Assembly: GCA_040755215.1 (NCBI GenBank)
Contig: JBFMBG010000004.1
Location: 353-64,352, forward strand
Reading direction: 5' to 3'
Length of the DNA stretch: 64,000 bases
From: Bacillota bacterium
GTDB lineage: Bacteria > Bacillota > Desulfotomaculia > Desulfotomaculales > Nap2-2B
The notes beneath the pieces are model-generated. The model had not been told where the DNA came from and did not search any database. It saw only the letters and a list, made by a program, of their open reading frames with translations. Position numbers and translations under genes: made by a program. Below are positions 9,794 to 18,462 of this stretch, one piece after another (within the stretch, counting starts at the first letter, position 1; every line of letters begins with the position of its first letter).

Positions 9794-10492
9794 TCACGCG
9801 TGGCTGCTCCGCTGCTGCGCCGTGGTTAAAAAGGCGGTGATCCCGTAGGCCAGCACGAACAAAATGAGGCTTAGAGCAAAGGCCAGTTCCTGTTTCCCCT
9901 GGCCCACGGCCAAAACGATGGCCGTCGTGAGCACCCTGGTGCTGCCGGCGATGTTCCCGCCGACCATCATGGAAGCGCCTACTTCGGAAATGACTCCGCC
10001 GAAGCCGGCAATCACCGCCGCCAGCAGGCCCAGCCGCGCTTCGCGCACCAAAAGCCAGAGCAGCTGCCCGCGGGAAGCGCCCAGGGCCAGGATCTGCAGG
10101 TGGATTTTCGGATTTAAGGATTGGATGGCGGCCACGGTAAACCCCGTAACGATGGGGGAGGCGATAATTGCCTGGGCAAAAATCATTGCTGCGGGGGTGT
10201 AGAGGAGATCCAGGAAACCCAGGGGTCCGTACCTGGTGAAGGTCAGCCAGACCACCAGCCCCACCACCACCGGCGGCAGGCCCATGCCGAAATTGACCAG
10301 GCTGATGACAAAGCGCCGGCCGGGAAACTTCGTAAGCGCCAGCAGAACCCCGAACGGAACGCCAATCAGCACGCTGATCAGGGTGGCCAGGCCGGAAACC
10401 TGCAGGGTGCGCAGGGTAATTTCCAGTACCTCGGGATCACCCGCGGACAACAGGCGAACAGATTCGACGAAGCCCCGCCAGAAGATTTCCAT
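9794..10492 (-). CDS. tupB: Tungstate ABC transporter permease
   Basis: GMGLPPVVVGL, ISEVGASMMVGGNI..TRVLTTAIV; hydrophobic; in a tungsten-enzyme context. Confidence 0.85.
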   Translation of the reverse strand: MEIFWRGFVESVRLLSAGDPEVLEITLRTLQVSGLATLISVLIGVPFGVLLALTKFPGRRFVISLVNFGMGLPPVVVGLVVWLTFTRYGPLGFLDLLYTPAAMIFAQAIIASPIVTGFTVAAIQSLNPKIHLQILALGASRGQLLWLLVREARLGLLAAVIAGFGGVISEVGASMMVGGNIAGSTRVLTTAIVLAVGQGKQELAFALSLILFVLAYGITAFLTTAQQRSSHA

Positions 10493-10553
10493 CTTATGAA
10501 TTCATGCCTCCCTTAATTAATTACACCTTGAAGAGTTTTCTCGAGAAGATTTT

Positions 10554-10997
10554 TCACCGGGAAGAACCCGAGAGGATGTCTTCCGGAGTTTTCGCCAGAA
10601 TACCCGTAAATTTGCTGAAATCTTTGGTATTGTAGGTGCAGAGAACGGAAATGCCGTTTGCCTTCATTTGAGCCGCCAGAAAAGCGTCAAAAATATCCGC
10701 TCCCTTTCTTTTTGGACTTATTTCTTTTAGCAAATCCAGGGCTTTTAAGCCGGCGTCGATAATCAGGAAAGTTGTCCGGAACGCTTCTATTTGTTCCCAG
10801 GCCGTTTCCGGTTCGAGCGGATTATCAACGCGGCGCGGATCGGTAACGATGGCAAAAAATTCGAGGAGTATTTGCGGTACCAGGACGCCGGCGACCCGCT
10901 TTTCCTGGACTGCCTCCAAAAGCGCCCGGCTTGTCCTGTGTTGGGGAGCGTCGAGATTGACGGCATAGACCAGAACGTTCGTATCAACGAGAATCAA
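10554..10997 (-). CDS. PIN-domain (VapC-like) toxin
   Basis: ILVDTNVLVYA, ILLEF, IFDAFLAA, TYNTKDF. Confidence 0.88.
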   Translation of the reverse strand: MILVDTNVLVYAVNLDAPQHRTSRALLEAVQEKRVAGVLVPQILLEFFAIVTDPRRVDNPLEPETAWEQIEAFRTTFLIIDAGLKALDLLKEISPKRKGADIFDAFLAAQMKANGISVLCTYNTKDFSKFTGILAKTPEDILSGSSR

Positions 10998-11209
10998 TAC
11001 TTTAGCCTTCCTTCGTAAATTTCCGCCCGGCGGGCTGGCTTTCCTTTCCCCAGGCTGAACCTTCCCGGAGTAACCGGGGTTTTGGGAAGATAATGCTCGA
11101 GAGCTTCCAGGACCAGTTCATTTTTCGGGCGCCTGGTTGCTTTTGCCGCTTTATCCAGAGAGGTTAAAATATGCTCTTTTTCTTTCGGGATGTAAATATT
11201 AAGTTGCAC
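10994..11209 (-). CDS. Ribbon-helix-helix antitoxin (VapB-like)
   Basis: 71 aa, LNIYIP...RPKNELVLEALEHYL; overlaps the PIN gene by 4 nt. Confidence 0.7.
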   Translation of the reverse strand: MQLNIYIPKEKEHILTSLDKAAKATRRPKNELVLEALEHYLPKTPVTPGRFSLGKGKPARRAEIYEGRLKY

Positions 11210-11300
11210 GGGCAGATCACCTCCGCGATAACTATACCATAACCACTATTTATAGTCAATAATGATAGGGAAAAAAGGAAACTTTTCACCCTCCAGATGG

Positions 11301-13217
11301 TTAACGTAACCCCAGTTCCGCCAGTTTTGCGGGGGCGGGTTCCCCCGTTTCCGCGTCCCACCCCCGCGCCCGGTAGTATTCGGCGAGCACTCTTTTGACC
11401 TGTTCCCGCTCCAGCCGCCGCCCGGCGGCGGGGCCGGCGCCGGCGGGCTCTTCGTAAAACCGCGGGGGGTAGTCGGAATCCGCCGGTTTTTCCCCGTGGC
11501 GCAGGTTGAATAATTTCTGCAGGTTCCAGATCCGCTCACCGGCCCGCATCACTTCCTCCGGTGATATTTCGATGCCCGTCAGGGTAGAGAAAAGGCGGGA
11601 AAAAAGGGTCGGCCCCACCGTGTGCAGGACCGGCGGGCGGATGCACATCCCCAGGGCGTTATATACGGCGATGAGGTCCTCGGACCACTTGGACATTTTC
11701 GAGATGTTGACGTCCCTGGTGACGGGGTCAAAGATTTCTTCTTTCAGGTGTTCCGGCATGTCCAGCCGTTCGTACATGTCTTCCCCGAACCCGAATTTTT
11801 CCGTTAAATAGGGAGCCGGGTTTTCGTTGAAGCGCAGGTTTTCCACGGGGTTGCGCGTCCGCAGGTGATCGCCCCCGCGCAGGTTCGTGATGTAGCCCAG
11901 GGTCCAGGTGGACCAGCGGGCCCGGGGATCGATTAAGAAACATTCCAGGCCCTTTACTTCCACGGTGGACGGGGAGGCGCCGGGAAAATGCCGGGCGGCC
12001 CGCTTCGTTCCTTCCGCCAGGATGTCGCCGACCCCCCGGCGGTGGGCGATCATCTCCAGCAGGGCAAGGGCGGCCTTTTCGTCTCCCCAGGAGAGGGGAA
12101 AGCCGAGTTCCTTTTCTTTGAGCACCCCCCGTTCGAATAATTCCATGGCGAAGGCCACCGCCGCCGCCGCCGAAACCATGTCCACCCCCAGGCGCTGGCA
12201 GGTTTCGGTAAGTTTGGCCACGGCGGGCAGGCTGCCGATGGCGCACCCGGCGCCGAAGCCGATCACCGGCGTAACCTCCATGTCCTTCAGGCGGAGCCCG
12301 CTGTACGGACCGTCATTAACCTCCACCCAGTGGGCGCAGGCGATGGGGCAGGCGATGCAGGCGATCCCCCGGTTGGTGTATTTGGGCAGCGCTTTGCGGC
12401 TGCGGGTTTCCACCCAGTCGGCGATGGCGCCTTGCCGGTAGTTCCGGCCCGGCAGGCAGCCGAACTCCTGGTAGGGGAGGCTGGCCAGCATGGTGCCGAA
12501 GCGGGAGAAGGGCCCGTAAAAGGGTGAGGAGAAGATGGCCCGGCGGGCGTCCGCCACCGCCTGCAGAAACTCTTTCTTGCGGGCAACGCGCACCGGCCCG
12601 GTGCCGCGCACCGCCACGGCCTTTAGCTTTTTGCTCCCCATGACTGCCCCCAGCCCCGTGCGCGCCCAGGCGTCGGCGGGGCCGTTTTCGATGCTGGCGA
12701 AGCGCACCAGGTTTTCTCCCGCCGGGCCGATGGCGGCGATCTGGATGCCTTCGTCGTTGTATCGGCGCCGGATTTCCCGGACGGTTTCCCAGGCGTCCCG
12801 CCCCCATAAGTGCTCCGCCGGCAGGATTTCCGCCCGGCCGTCGCAAATCCATAGATACACGGGGGTGGAGGCCTTTCCCCGGATAACCAGGCCGTCGTAC
12901 CCGGCGAATTTCAGCTCGCTGCCCCAGAAGTTGCCGGAATTGGCGGTTCCGAAGAGGCCGGTGAGCGGCGAAAGGGCGGAAGCCTCGGTGCGGGAAGCGG
13001 TCGGCACCGTCGTTCCCACCAGCACCCCCACCCCGAAGACGAGCACGTTTTCCGGCCCCAGGGGGTCGGCGCCGGCGGGAATCTCCCTGTCCAGAATTCG
13101 CGCATTAAAGCCCAGGCCGCCCAAATACCTTTTCGGCCAGTCCTCCTCGACGGGGCGCTCTTTGATTTCCCCGGTGGTCAGGTTTATGTCCAGTATTTTG
13201 CCGCTGTAGCCGTACAT
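11301..13217 (-). CDS. Tungsten-containing aldehyde:ferredoxin oxidoreductase (AOR/WOR family)
   Basis: GYSGKILDINL, SPLTG, IGPAGENLVRFA, GLGAVMGSKKLKA, CIACPIAC, EYYRARGWD. Confidence 0.9.
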   Translation of the reverse strand: MYGYSGKILDINLTTGEIKERPVEEDWPKRYLGGLGFNARILDREIPAGADPLGPENVLVFGVGVLVGTTVPTASRTEASALSPLTGLFGTANSGNFWGSELKFAGYDGLVIRGKASTPVYLWICDGRAEILPAEHLWGRDAWETVREIRRRYNDEGIQIAAIGPAGENLVRFASIENGPADAWARTGLGAVMGSKKLKAVAVRGTGPVRVARKKEFLQAVADARRAIFSSPFYGPFSRFGTMLASLPYQEFGCLPGRNYRQGAIADWVETRSRKALPKYTNRGIACIACPIACAHWVEVNDGPYSGLRLKDMEVTPVIGFGAGCAIGSLPAVAKLTETCQRLGVDMVSAAAAVAFAMELFERGVLKEKELGFPLSWGDEKAALALLEMIAHRRGVGDILAEGTKRAARHFPGASPSTVEVKGLECFLIDPRARWSTWTLGYITNLRGGDHLRTRNPVENLRFNENPAPYLTEKFGFGEDMYERLDMPEHLKEEIFDPVTRDVNISKMSKWSEDLIAVYNALGMCIRPPVLHTVGPTLFSRLFSTLTGIEISPEEVMRAGERIWNLQKLFNLRHGEKPADSDYPPRFYEEPAGAGPAAGRRLEREQVKRVLAEYYRARGWDAETGEPAPAKLAELGLR

Positions 13218-13323
13218 TCGGGATTCCTCCAGTGGCGAGTTTTCCCGGCATGAAAGTAGAGGCGCTTTACCCCTATCCTCTAATCCCTGATATATGGGCG
13301 CCGCTTATTTTGCCGCTGTTGCT

Positions 13324-13569
13324 TTAAGCCTCTGGTTTGCCCGCCTCAACGACGCGCAGGGCGCCCGAGGGGCAGGCCAGGGCGCATTGCTTGCAGTTCC
13401 GGCAAAGGGATGAGAAGGTGATGGCGAACGTGCCTTCAAATTCGTGCCTTAGTACCGAAACACAAGCCTTTTTCAGGTCAAATTCATCGTGATAGGTAAT
13501 GGCGCAGGTCAGTGCGCAGGTCAGGCAACCGATGCATTTACCGGGGTTGATCGCCATTTCCTTGGGCAT
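13324..13569 (-). CDS. 2x[4Fe-4S] ferredoxin-like partner of AOR
   Basis: CIGCLTCALTC and CRNCKQCALACP. Confidence 0.85.
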   Translation of the reverse strand: MPKEMAINPGKCIGCLTCALTCAITYHDEFDLKKACVSVLRHEFEGTFAITFSSLCRNCKQCALACPSGALRVVEAGKPEA

Positions 13570-13601
13570 CGAACCACCCTCTAAAATTTCGGTTAATTAA
13601 A

Positions 13602-13631
13602 AAATTCGCCCTTTGGCAGGGAATCACCTTC
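13602..13631 (-). promoter_or_regulatory. Putative sigma-H-type promoter for the ferredoxin-AOR genes
   Basis: GAAGGTGAT-N12-GGCGAATTT versus the B. subtilis SigH consensus RNAGGAWWW-N11-12-RNNGAAT. Confidence 0.45.
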
Positions 13632-13876
13632 TAAAATTCAAAAAGAAAAGAAAAAGAAAAAATCCAAAGGATTTTTCGGAAAGGATAAGTCAAGGTCAAG
13701 TCCGGCTGTTCTCCGCCGGGAAAGGGCCCCCTCTGCTTCATCCTTAAAAAAAGAGGGAAATTTTTTGAATTAAAATACTGGAATCTAAGGATGGCCATAA
13801 GATATAATATGAACTGAGCTGAGGTGTACTTGAGATGGAGGATCAATAAATAAATTTTGCACCAGGGAGAACAGTT

Positions 13877-14344
13877 ATGCTGATTTACCTTGATGTCTGC
13901 TGTCTAAATAGACCATTTGATGATCAGTTTCAAGGGAGAATTCGCCTTGAATCAGAAGCCGTTTTAACAATTTTAAATGGGGGCGAAAAAGAAAAATGGC
14001 GGCTGCTCAATAGCGAGGCGATAGAATTTGAGATCTCTGCTATTCCTGAAGAGGAGAGAAAGAAGAAGGTGGCTGCTTTAACTGCCATAGCCCAAGAAAA
14101 AACGAAAATGGACGAAAAAATAAAGTTACGCGCCAGAGAGCTTGAAAAAATTGGTATAAAGGCTTACGATGCTTTACACCTTGCGTGTGCCGAATATGGC
14201 GGCGCAGAAGTATTTCTGACAACAGATGATAAACTGTTGAGAAAAGCAAAGAGAAATAGGAACAAGCTGAAAATAAGAGTCGAAAATCCAGTTTTGTGGC
14301 TTATGGAGGTGACAAAAAGTGAACGCTCAAGCAATGAGCCCTAA
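13877..14344 (+). CDS. PIN-domain protein (toxin-like)
   Basis: IYLDVCCLNRPFDD, DALHLACAE, FLTTDD; AT-rich. Confidence 0.85.
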   Translation: MLIYLDVCCLNRPFDDQFQGRIRLESEAVLTILNGGEKEKWRLLNSEAIEFEISAIPEEERKKKVAALTAIAQEKTKMDEKIKLRARELEKIGIKAYDALHLACAEYGGAEVFLTTDDKLLRKAKRNRNKLKIRVENPVLWLMEVTKSERSSNEP

Positions 14345-14522
14345 TGAAATCAAAAATGCGGGTTTAGTCGCCCTGGCCAAAGCTCTTGGTCCTGTGGGTA
14401 TGGCTCGGTTTATTCAGCAGTACGATACTGGAGCGGGAGATTATACGAGGGATCGAGCAAAGTGGCTGGATCAAATGAGTCTTGATGAAATAATTGCGGC
14501 GATTGAAAAACGACGGGGGTAA
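14319..14522 (+). CDS. Small putative antitoxin downstream of the PIN gene
   Basis: GLVALAKALGPVGMARFIQQYDTGAGDYTRDR, a family commonly paired with this PIN type; overlaps it. Confidence 0.65.
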   Translation: MNAQAMSPNEIKNAGLVALAKALGPVGMARFIQQYDTGAGDYTRDRAKWLDQMSLDEIIAAIEKRRG

Positions 14523-14638
14523 AATTATAGCGAAATCGGGCCGCGCGCCAAAGAAGGTTGATACCGGCAGGCGTGCGGCCTTTTCTTTCTTGAATTGAAG
14601 TCTGTTTGATGAAGATAGGAACGCAAGCACGATCCCGT

Positions 14639-14672
14639 AAAAAAACCGCCGGGCTGGCCTGCCCCGGCGGTG
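14639..14672 (-). terminator. Rho-independent terminator of the fdh operon
   Basis: ACCGCCGGG/CCCGGCGGT stem followed by a T8 run on the minus strand. Confidence 0.7.
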
Positions 14673-14709
14673 ATGTGGTTTTGTTTTCCGCTTATCTCTT
14701 TGGCCTTCT

Positions 14710-17397
14710 TCACGCTATTTTTTCAATGCGCACAGTGCATACCTTCAGCTCCGGGATTTTGGCGATGGGGTCGCGGGCCGGGTTGGTCAGCCTGTTGACG
14801 GCCACCTCCGGGTAGTGGAAGGAGGTGAAGACCATCCCCGGGGTTACTTTGTCGGTGACCCGGGCCGCCACTTCCACGCTGCCGCGGCGGGAGGTTACGC
14901 GGACTTTGTCCCCGTCGCAGATGCCCAGCTTCTCGGCGTCGGCGCGGTTGATTTCCAGGTACTCCTCCGGATACGCCGCTTCCAGGGCACCGGTGCGCAT
15001 GGTCATGGTGCCGGTGTGGTAGTGGTAGAGCCGGCGGCCGGTGCTCAGGACCAGCGGGTACTCGGCGTCGGGCAGTTCGTCCGGCGGGACGTATTCCACC
15101 GGGTGGAATCTGCCCAGACCCCGGGAGAACCTGCCCGCGTGCAGGAACCTGGTGCCGGGGTGATCGGGGGTGGGGCAGGGCCACTGCAGGCTTCCCTGCT
15201 CCAGCCGCGCGTAGGAGATGCCGCCGTAGGACGGGGTGAGCCGGGCTATTTCCTCCATAATCTCTTCGGGGGAGGAGTAGCGCATGGAATGGCCCATGGC
15301 CGCGGCCAAAAGGCAGATGATCTCCCAGTCGGCCTTCGCGTCCCCCACCGGTTCGACCGCTTTACGCACCCGCTGCACCCGGCGCTCGGTATTGGTGAAG
15401 GTGCCGTCCTTTTCGGCAAAGCTGGCCGCGGGCAGGACCACGTAGGCGAGCTGTGCCGTTTCGGTGAGGAAAATGTCCTGCACCACCAGGAAGTCCAGTT
15501 TTTCCAGGGCGTGGACCACGTGGTCCGCGTCGGCGTCGGACAGGACCGGGTTCTCGCCCATGATGTACATGGCCCTGATCCGGCCGTCGCCGGCGGCTTC
15601 CAGGATCTCGCCCACGGTGAGGCCGGGTTTGGCTGGAAGGTCCGGCACGCCCCAGGCGGCGGCGAACTTCTTCCGGGCGTTTTCATCGGCCACCGGCTGG
15701 TAGCCGGTGAAGACGTTGGGCAGCGCCCCCATGTCGCAGGCGCCCTGGACGTTGTTCTGGCCCCGCAGGGGGTTGACCCCGCTGGACTCCTTGCCGATCT
15801 GGCCGCAGAGCATGGCCAGGTTGGCGATGGCAAAGACGTTGTGGGTGCCGCAGATGTGTTGGGTGACCCCCATGGTATACAGGATGGTGGCGTTCTTCGC
15901 CCCGGCGTAGCCCCGGGCCACCTGCCTGACGGCCTCCGCGGGCACGCCGGTGATGCCCTCCACGTATTCCGGGGTGTACTTTTCCACCGTGGCCTTCAGC
16001 GCCTCGAACTCTTCGGTGCGCTCCCGGACGAATTCCTTGTTCCAGAGTCCCTCGGCGATGATCACGTGGGCCAGACCGTTGTAAAGGGCAATGTCGGTCC
16101 CCGGCTTGATCCGGAGGTGGTGGTGGGCGATTTCGGCCACCTCGGTTTTGCGCGGGTCCACCACCGCCAGGGTGGCGCCGCTGCGCACCGCCTTTTTCAC
16201 CTGGATGCCGATGATCGGGTGGGAATCGGTTGTGTTGGTGCCGGAGGCCAGAATGAAGTCCGCCCCGGCAATTTCTCTGATGGTATTGGTCATCGCACCG
16301 CTGCCGAATGCTGCCGCCAGACCGGCGACCGTCGGCGCGTGTCAGAGGCGGGCGCAGTGGTCGATATTGTTGGTACCGATCACCGCGCGGGCGAATTTAT
16401 TCATCAGGTAGTTCTCTTCGTTGGTGCAGCGGGCGGAAGACAGAATACCGACGGCGTCCGGGCCGTACTGCTCCTTCACCGCCTTGAGCTTTTCCGCCAC
16501 CAGCCCGATTGCCTCCGCCCAGGAGGCCTCCACGAACCGGCCGTCCTTTTTGATCAGCGGTTTTTTCAGCCGGTCGGGGTGGTGGATAAAGCCGTAGCCG
16601 AAGCGGCCCTTGACGCACAGGGCGCGCCCGTTCACCTCGCCGTCGGTGGAGGTTACGCCGATCACCCTCCCGTCCTTGACGTTCAGGTCAAAGGTACAGC
16701 CGGTGCCGCAGTAAGGACAGGTGGTGGTGACTTTCTTTATTTCCCAGGTGCGGGCGGCGCCGCGCAGCCCTTTTTCCTGCAGCGCCCCTACCGGGCACAC
16801 GGCCACGCAGTTGCCGCAGAAGACGCACTCGGATTGCCCCAGGCTGGTGTCCATGGCCGGGGTGATTTTCGTGTTGAAACCCCGGTAGGCGAAATCCACG
16901 ATGTTTTTGCCCTGCACCTCGGCGCATATGCGCACGCATTTGCCGCACAGGATGCATTTGTTTAAATCCCGCACGATAAAGGGGTTGTCGTCCTCAACGG
17001 GGTAACTGTGTCTTTCCCCGGGGAAAGTGCCGCTGCGCACGCCGTAAAGGTAGGCGTAGTCCTGCAGGCGGCAGTCGCCGTTTTTCCCGCAGGTCAGGCA
17101 GTCCTCCGGGTGGTTGGAAAGCAACAGGTCCAGGATGGTTTGCCGGGCTTCGATGACGGCCGGCGAGGCGGTGTGGACCACCATCCCGTCGGCGGCGGCG
17201 GTGACGCAGGAAGCCGGCAGGTTGCGCATCCCCGGAATTTCCACCACGCACAGCCGGCAGCCGCCCCAGCCGGACAGTTCCGGGTCGTGGCACAGGGTGG
17301 GGATGAAGATCCCCGCCTGCCGCGCCGCCTCCAGGACGGTGGTGCCGGCCGGGACGGTGACCTGTTGGCCATCTATGGTTAAGGTGATCTCAGCCAC
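14710..17397 (-). CDS. fdhF: Formate dehydrogenase alpha subunit, selenocysteine-containing (UGA at 16342-16344)
   Basis: Two in-frame ORFs join through DHCARL-UGA-HAPTVAGL; 2Fe-2S and 4Fe-4S N-terminus, CPYCGTGC, PLRGQNNVQGACDMG. Confidence 0.93.
16313..16329 (-). promoter_or_regulatory. SECIS element of fdhF
   Basis: GTCGCC-GGTCT-GGCGGC stem-loop starting about 13 nt downstream of the in-frame UGA. Confidence 0.75.
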
Positions 17398-17420
17398 TTG
17401 TTGATGTGCCTCCTTTCCTA

Positions 17421-17520
17421 ATAGGATTAGGGATTAGGGGTTAGGGATTAGGGTAGCACTTTTAGCCGAAAACCGGCTGCTGATTCCCGATCCCTATATT
17501 CTCTGTGTTCTCTGTGGCTA
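17421..17520. repeat. Intergenic hairpin with ATTAGGG heptamer repeats plus a 9-nt CACAGAGAA arm
   Basis: (ATTAGGG)-like unit x4 at 17426-17453, partial complement at 17481-17497, TTCTCTGTGTTCTCTGTGG abutting the upstream gene's stop codon. Confidence 0.7.
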
Positions 17521-18444
17521 ACTTTTTTGTCCCAGCTTTTCCAAAATCTCCCCCAGCCCCAGGGCTTCCGCCCAGGAGACCGGGACGAATTCCCCGCCTT
17601 TTTTCAGCATGGGCGTGAGCGGTTCTTCTACGTAGCGCAGCTCTAAGCCCAGGCGGCCCTTTAAGCACAGGGGCCGGCCGGGGGCGGGGGCTTTGGCGGT
17701 AACACCGATGACTTTACCGTCCTTGACGTTCAGGTCGAATTTGCAGCCGCTGTCGCAAAAAGTACAGGTTACCTCTTGTTTAGTGATCTCCCAGGTGCGC
17801 CCCTTGCCGGCCAGCGGCTTGTAGGTGAGCGCGCCGACCGGGCAAACGGCCACGCAGCGGGCGCAGTAAACACAGTCCGATTCGGCCAGGTCCGTGTCCA
17901 TGGCGGTGACGATTTTGGTTTGGAACCCGCGGTAGCCGAAGTCGATGACCGCCCGCTCCGCCACGGCCTGGCAGGTGCGCACGCAGCGCCCGCAGAGGAT
18001 GCATTTGTTTTGGTCCCGGATGATGTAGGGATTGCTGTCGTCCAGGGGGTAATTTTTCTTTTCCCCGCTGAAGCTGGTCTGCCCGACGCCGTAGAGGAAG
18101 CAGTAGTCCTGCAGGCGGCAGTCGCCGTTTTTGGCGCAGGTCAGGCAGTCCAGCGGGTGGTTGGCCAAAAGCAAATCCAGAATCGTTCGCCTTGCTTCGA
18201 TGACCGCCTCCGATGCGGTGTAGACCACCATGCCTTCGGCGGCGGCGGTGACACAGGAGGCCGGCAGGTTGCGCATCCCCGGGATTTCCACGACGCACAG
18301 GCGGCAGGCGCCGAAGCCCGGGAAGTCCGGGTCGTGGCACAGGGTGGGGATGAAGATCCCCGCCTGCCGCGCCGCCTCCAGGACGGTGGTGCCGGCCGGG
18401 ACGGTGACTTTTTGGCCGTCTATGGTTAAAGTGACGTTAGCCAC
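17518..18444 (-). CDS. HylA/NuoG-N-like iron-sulfur subunit (FdhF N-terminal paralog without the catalytic domain)
   Basis: PTLC..GACRLC, HPLDCLTC, CILCGRC, CVYCARC, CTFCDSGC; stops after 308 aa. Confidence 0.85.
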   Translation of the reverse strand: MANVTLTIDGQKVTVPAGTTVLEAARQAGIFIPTLCHDPDFPGFGACRLCVVEIPGMRNLPASCVTAAAEGMVVYTASEAVIEARRTILDLLLANHPLDCLTCAKNGDCRLQDYCFLYGVGQTSFSGEKKNYPLDDSNPYIIRDQNKCILCGRCVRTCQAVAERAVIDFGYRGFQTKIVTAMDTDLAESDCVYCARCVAVCPVGALTYKPLAGKGRTWEITKQEVTCTFCDSGCKFDLNVKDGKVIGVTAKAPAPGRPLCLKGRLGLELRYVEEPLTPMLKKGGEFVPVSWAEALGLGEILEKLGQKS

Positions 18445-18462
18445 CTGGTAAACCCTCCTTTT

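Noticed and set aside
14815-16965. 716-aa plus-strand ORF and other long antisense or alternate-frame ORFs
   Set aside because: Shadow frames of GC-rich genes with no recognisable motifs; the opposite strand encodes clear proteins.
14710-17397. fdh split into two ORFs as a pseudogene
   Set aside because: The stop is an in-frame UGA at the catalytic Cys/Sec position and is followed by a SECIS hairpin.
17421-17455. TTAGGG telomere-like or G-quadruplex repeat
   Set aside because: The period is 7 nt and a partial complementary arm is present, so it fits the tandem-unit hairpin family. G4 potential was not tested.
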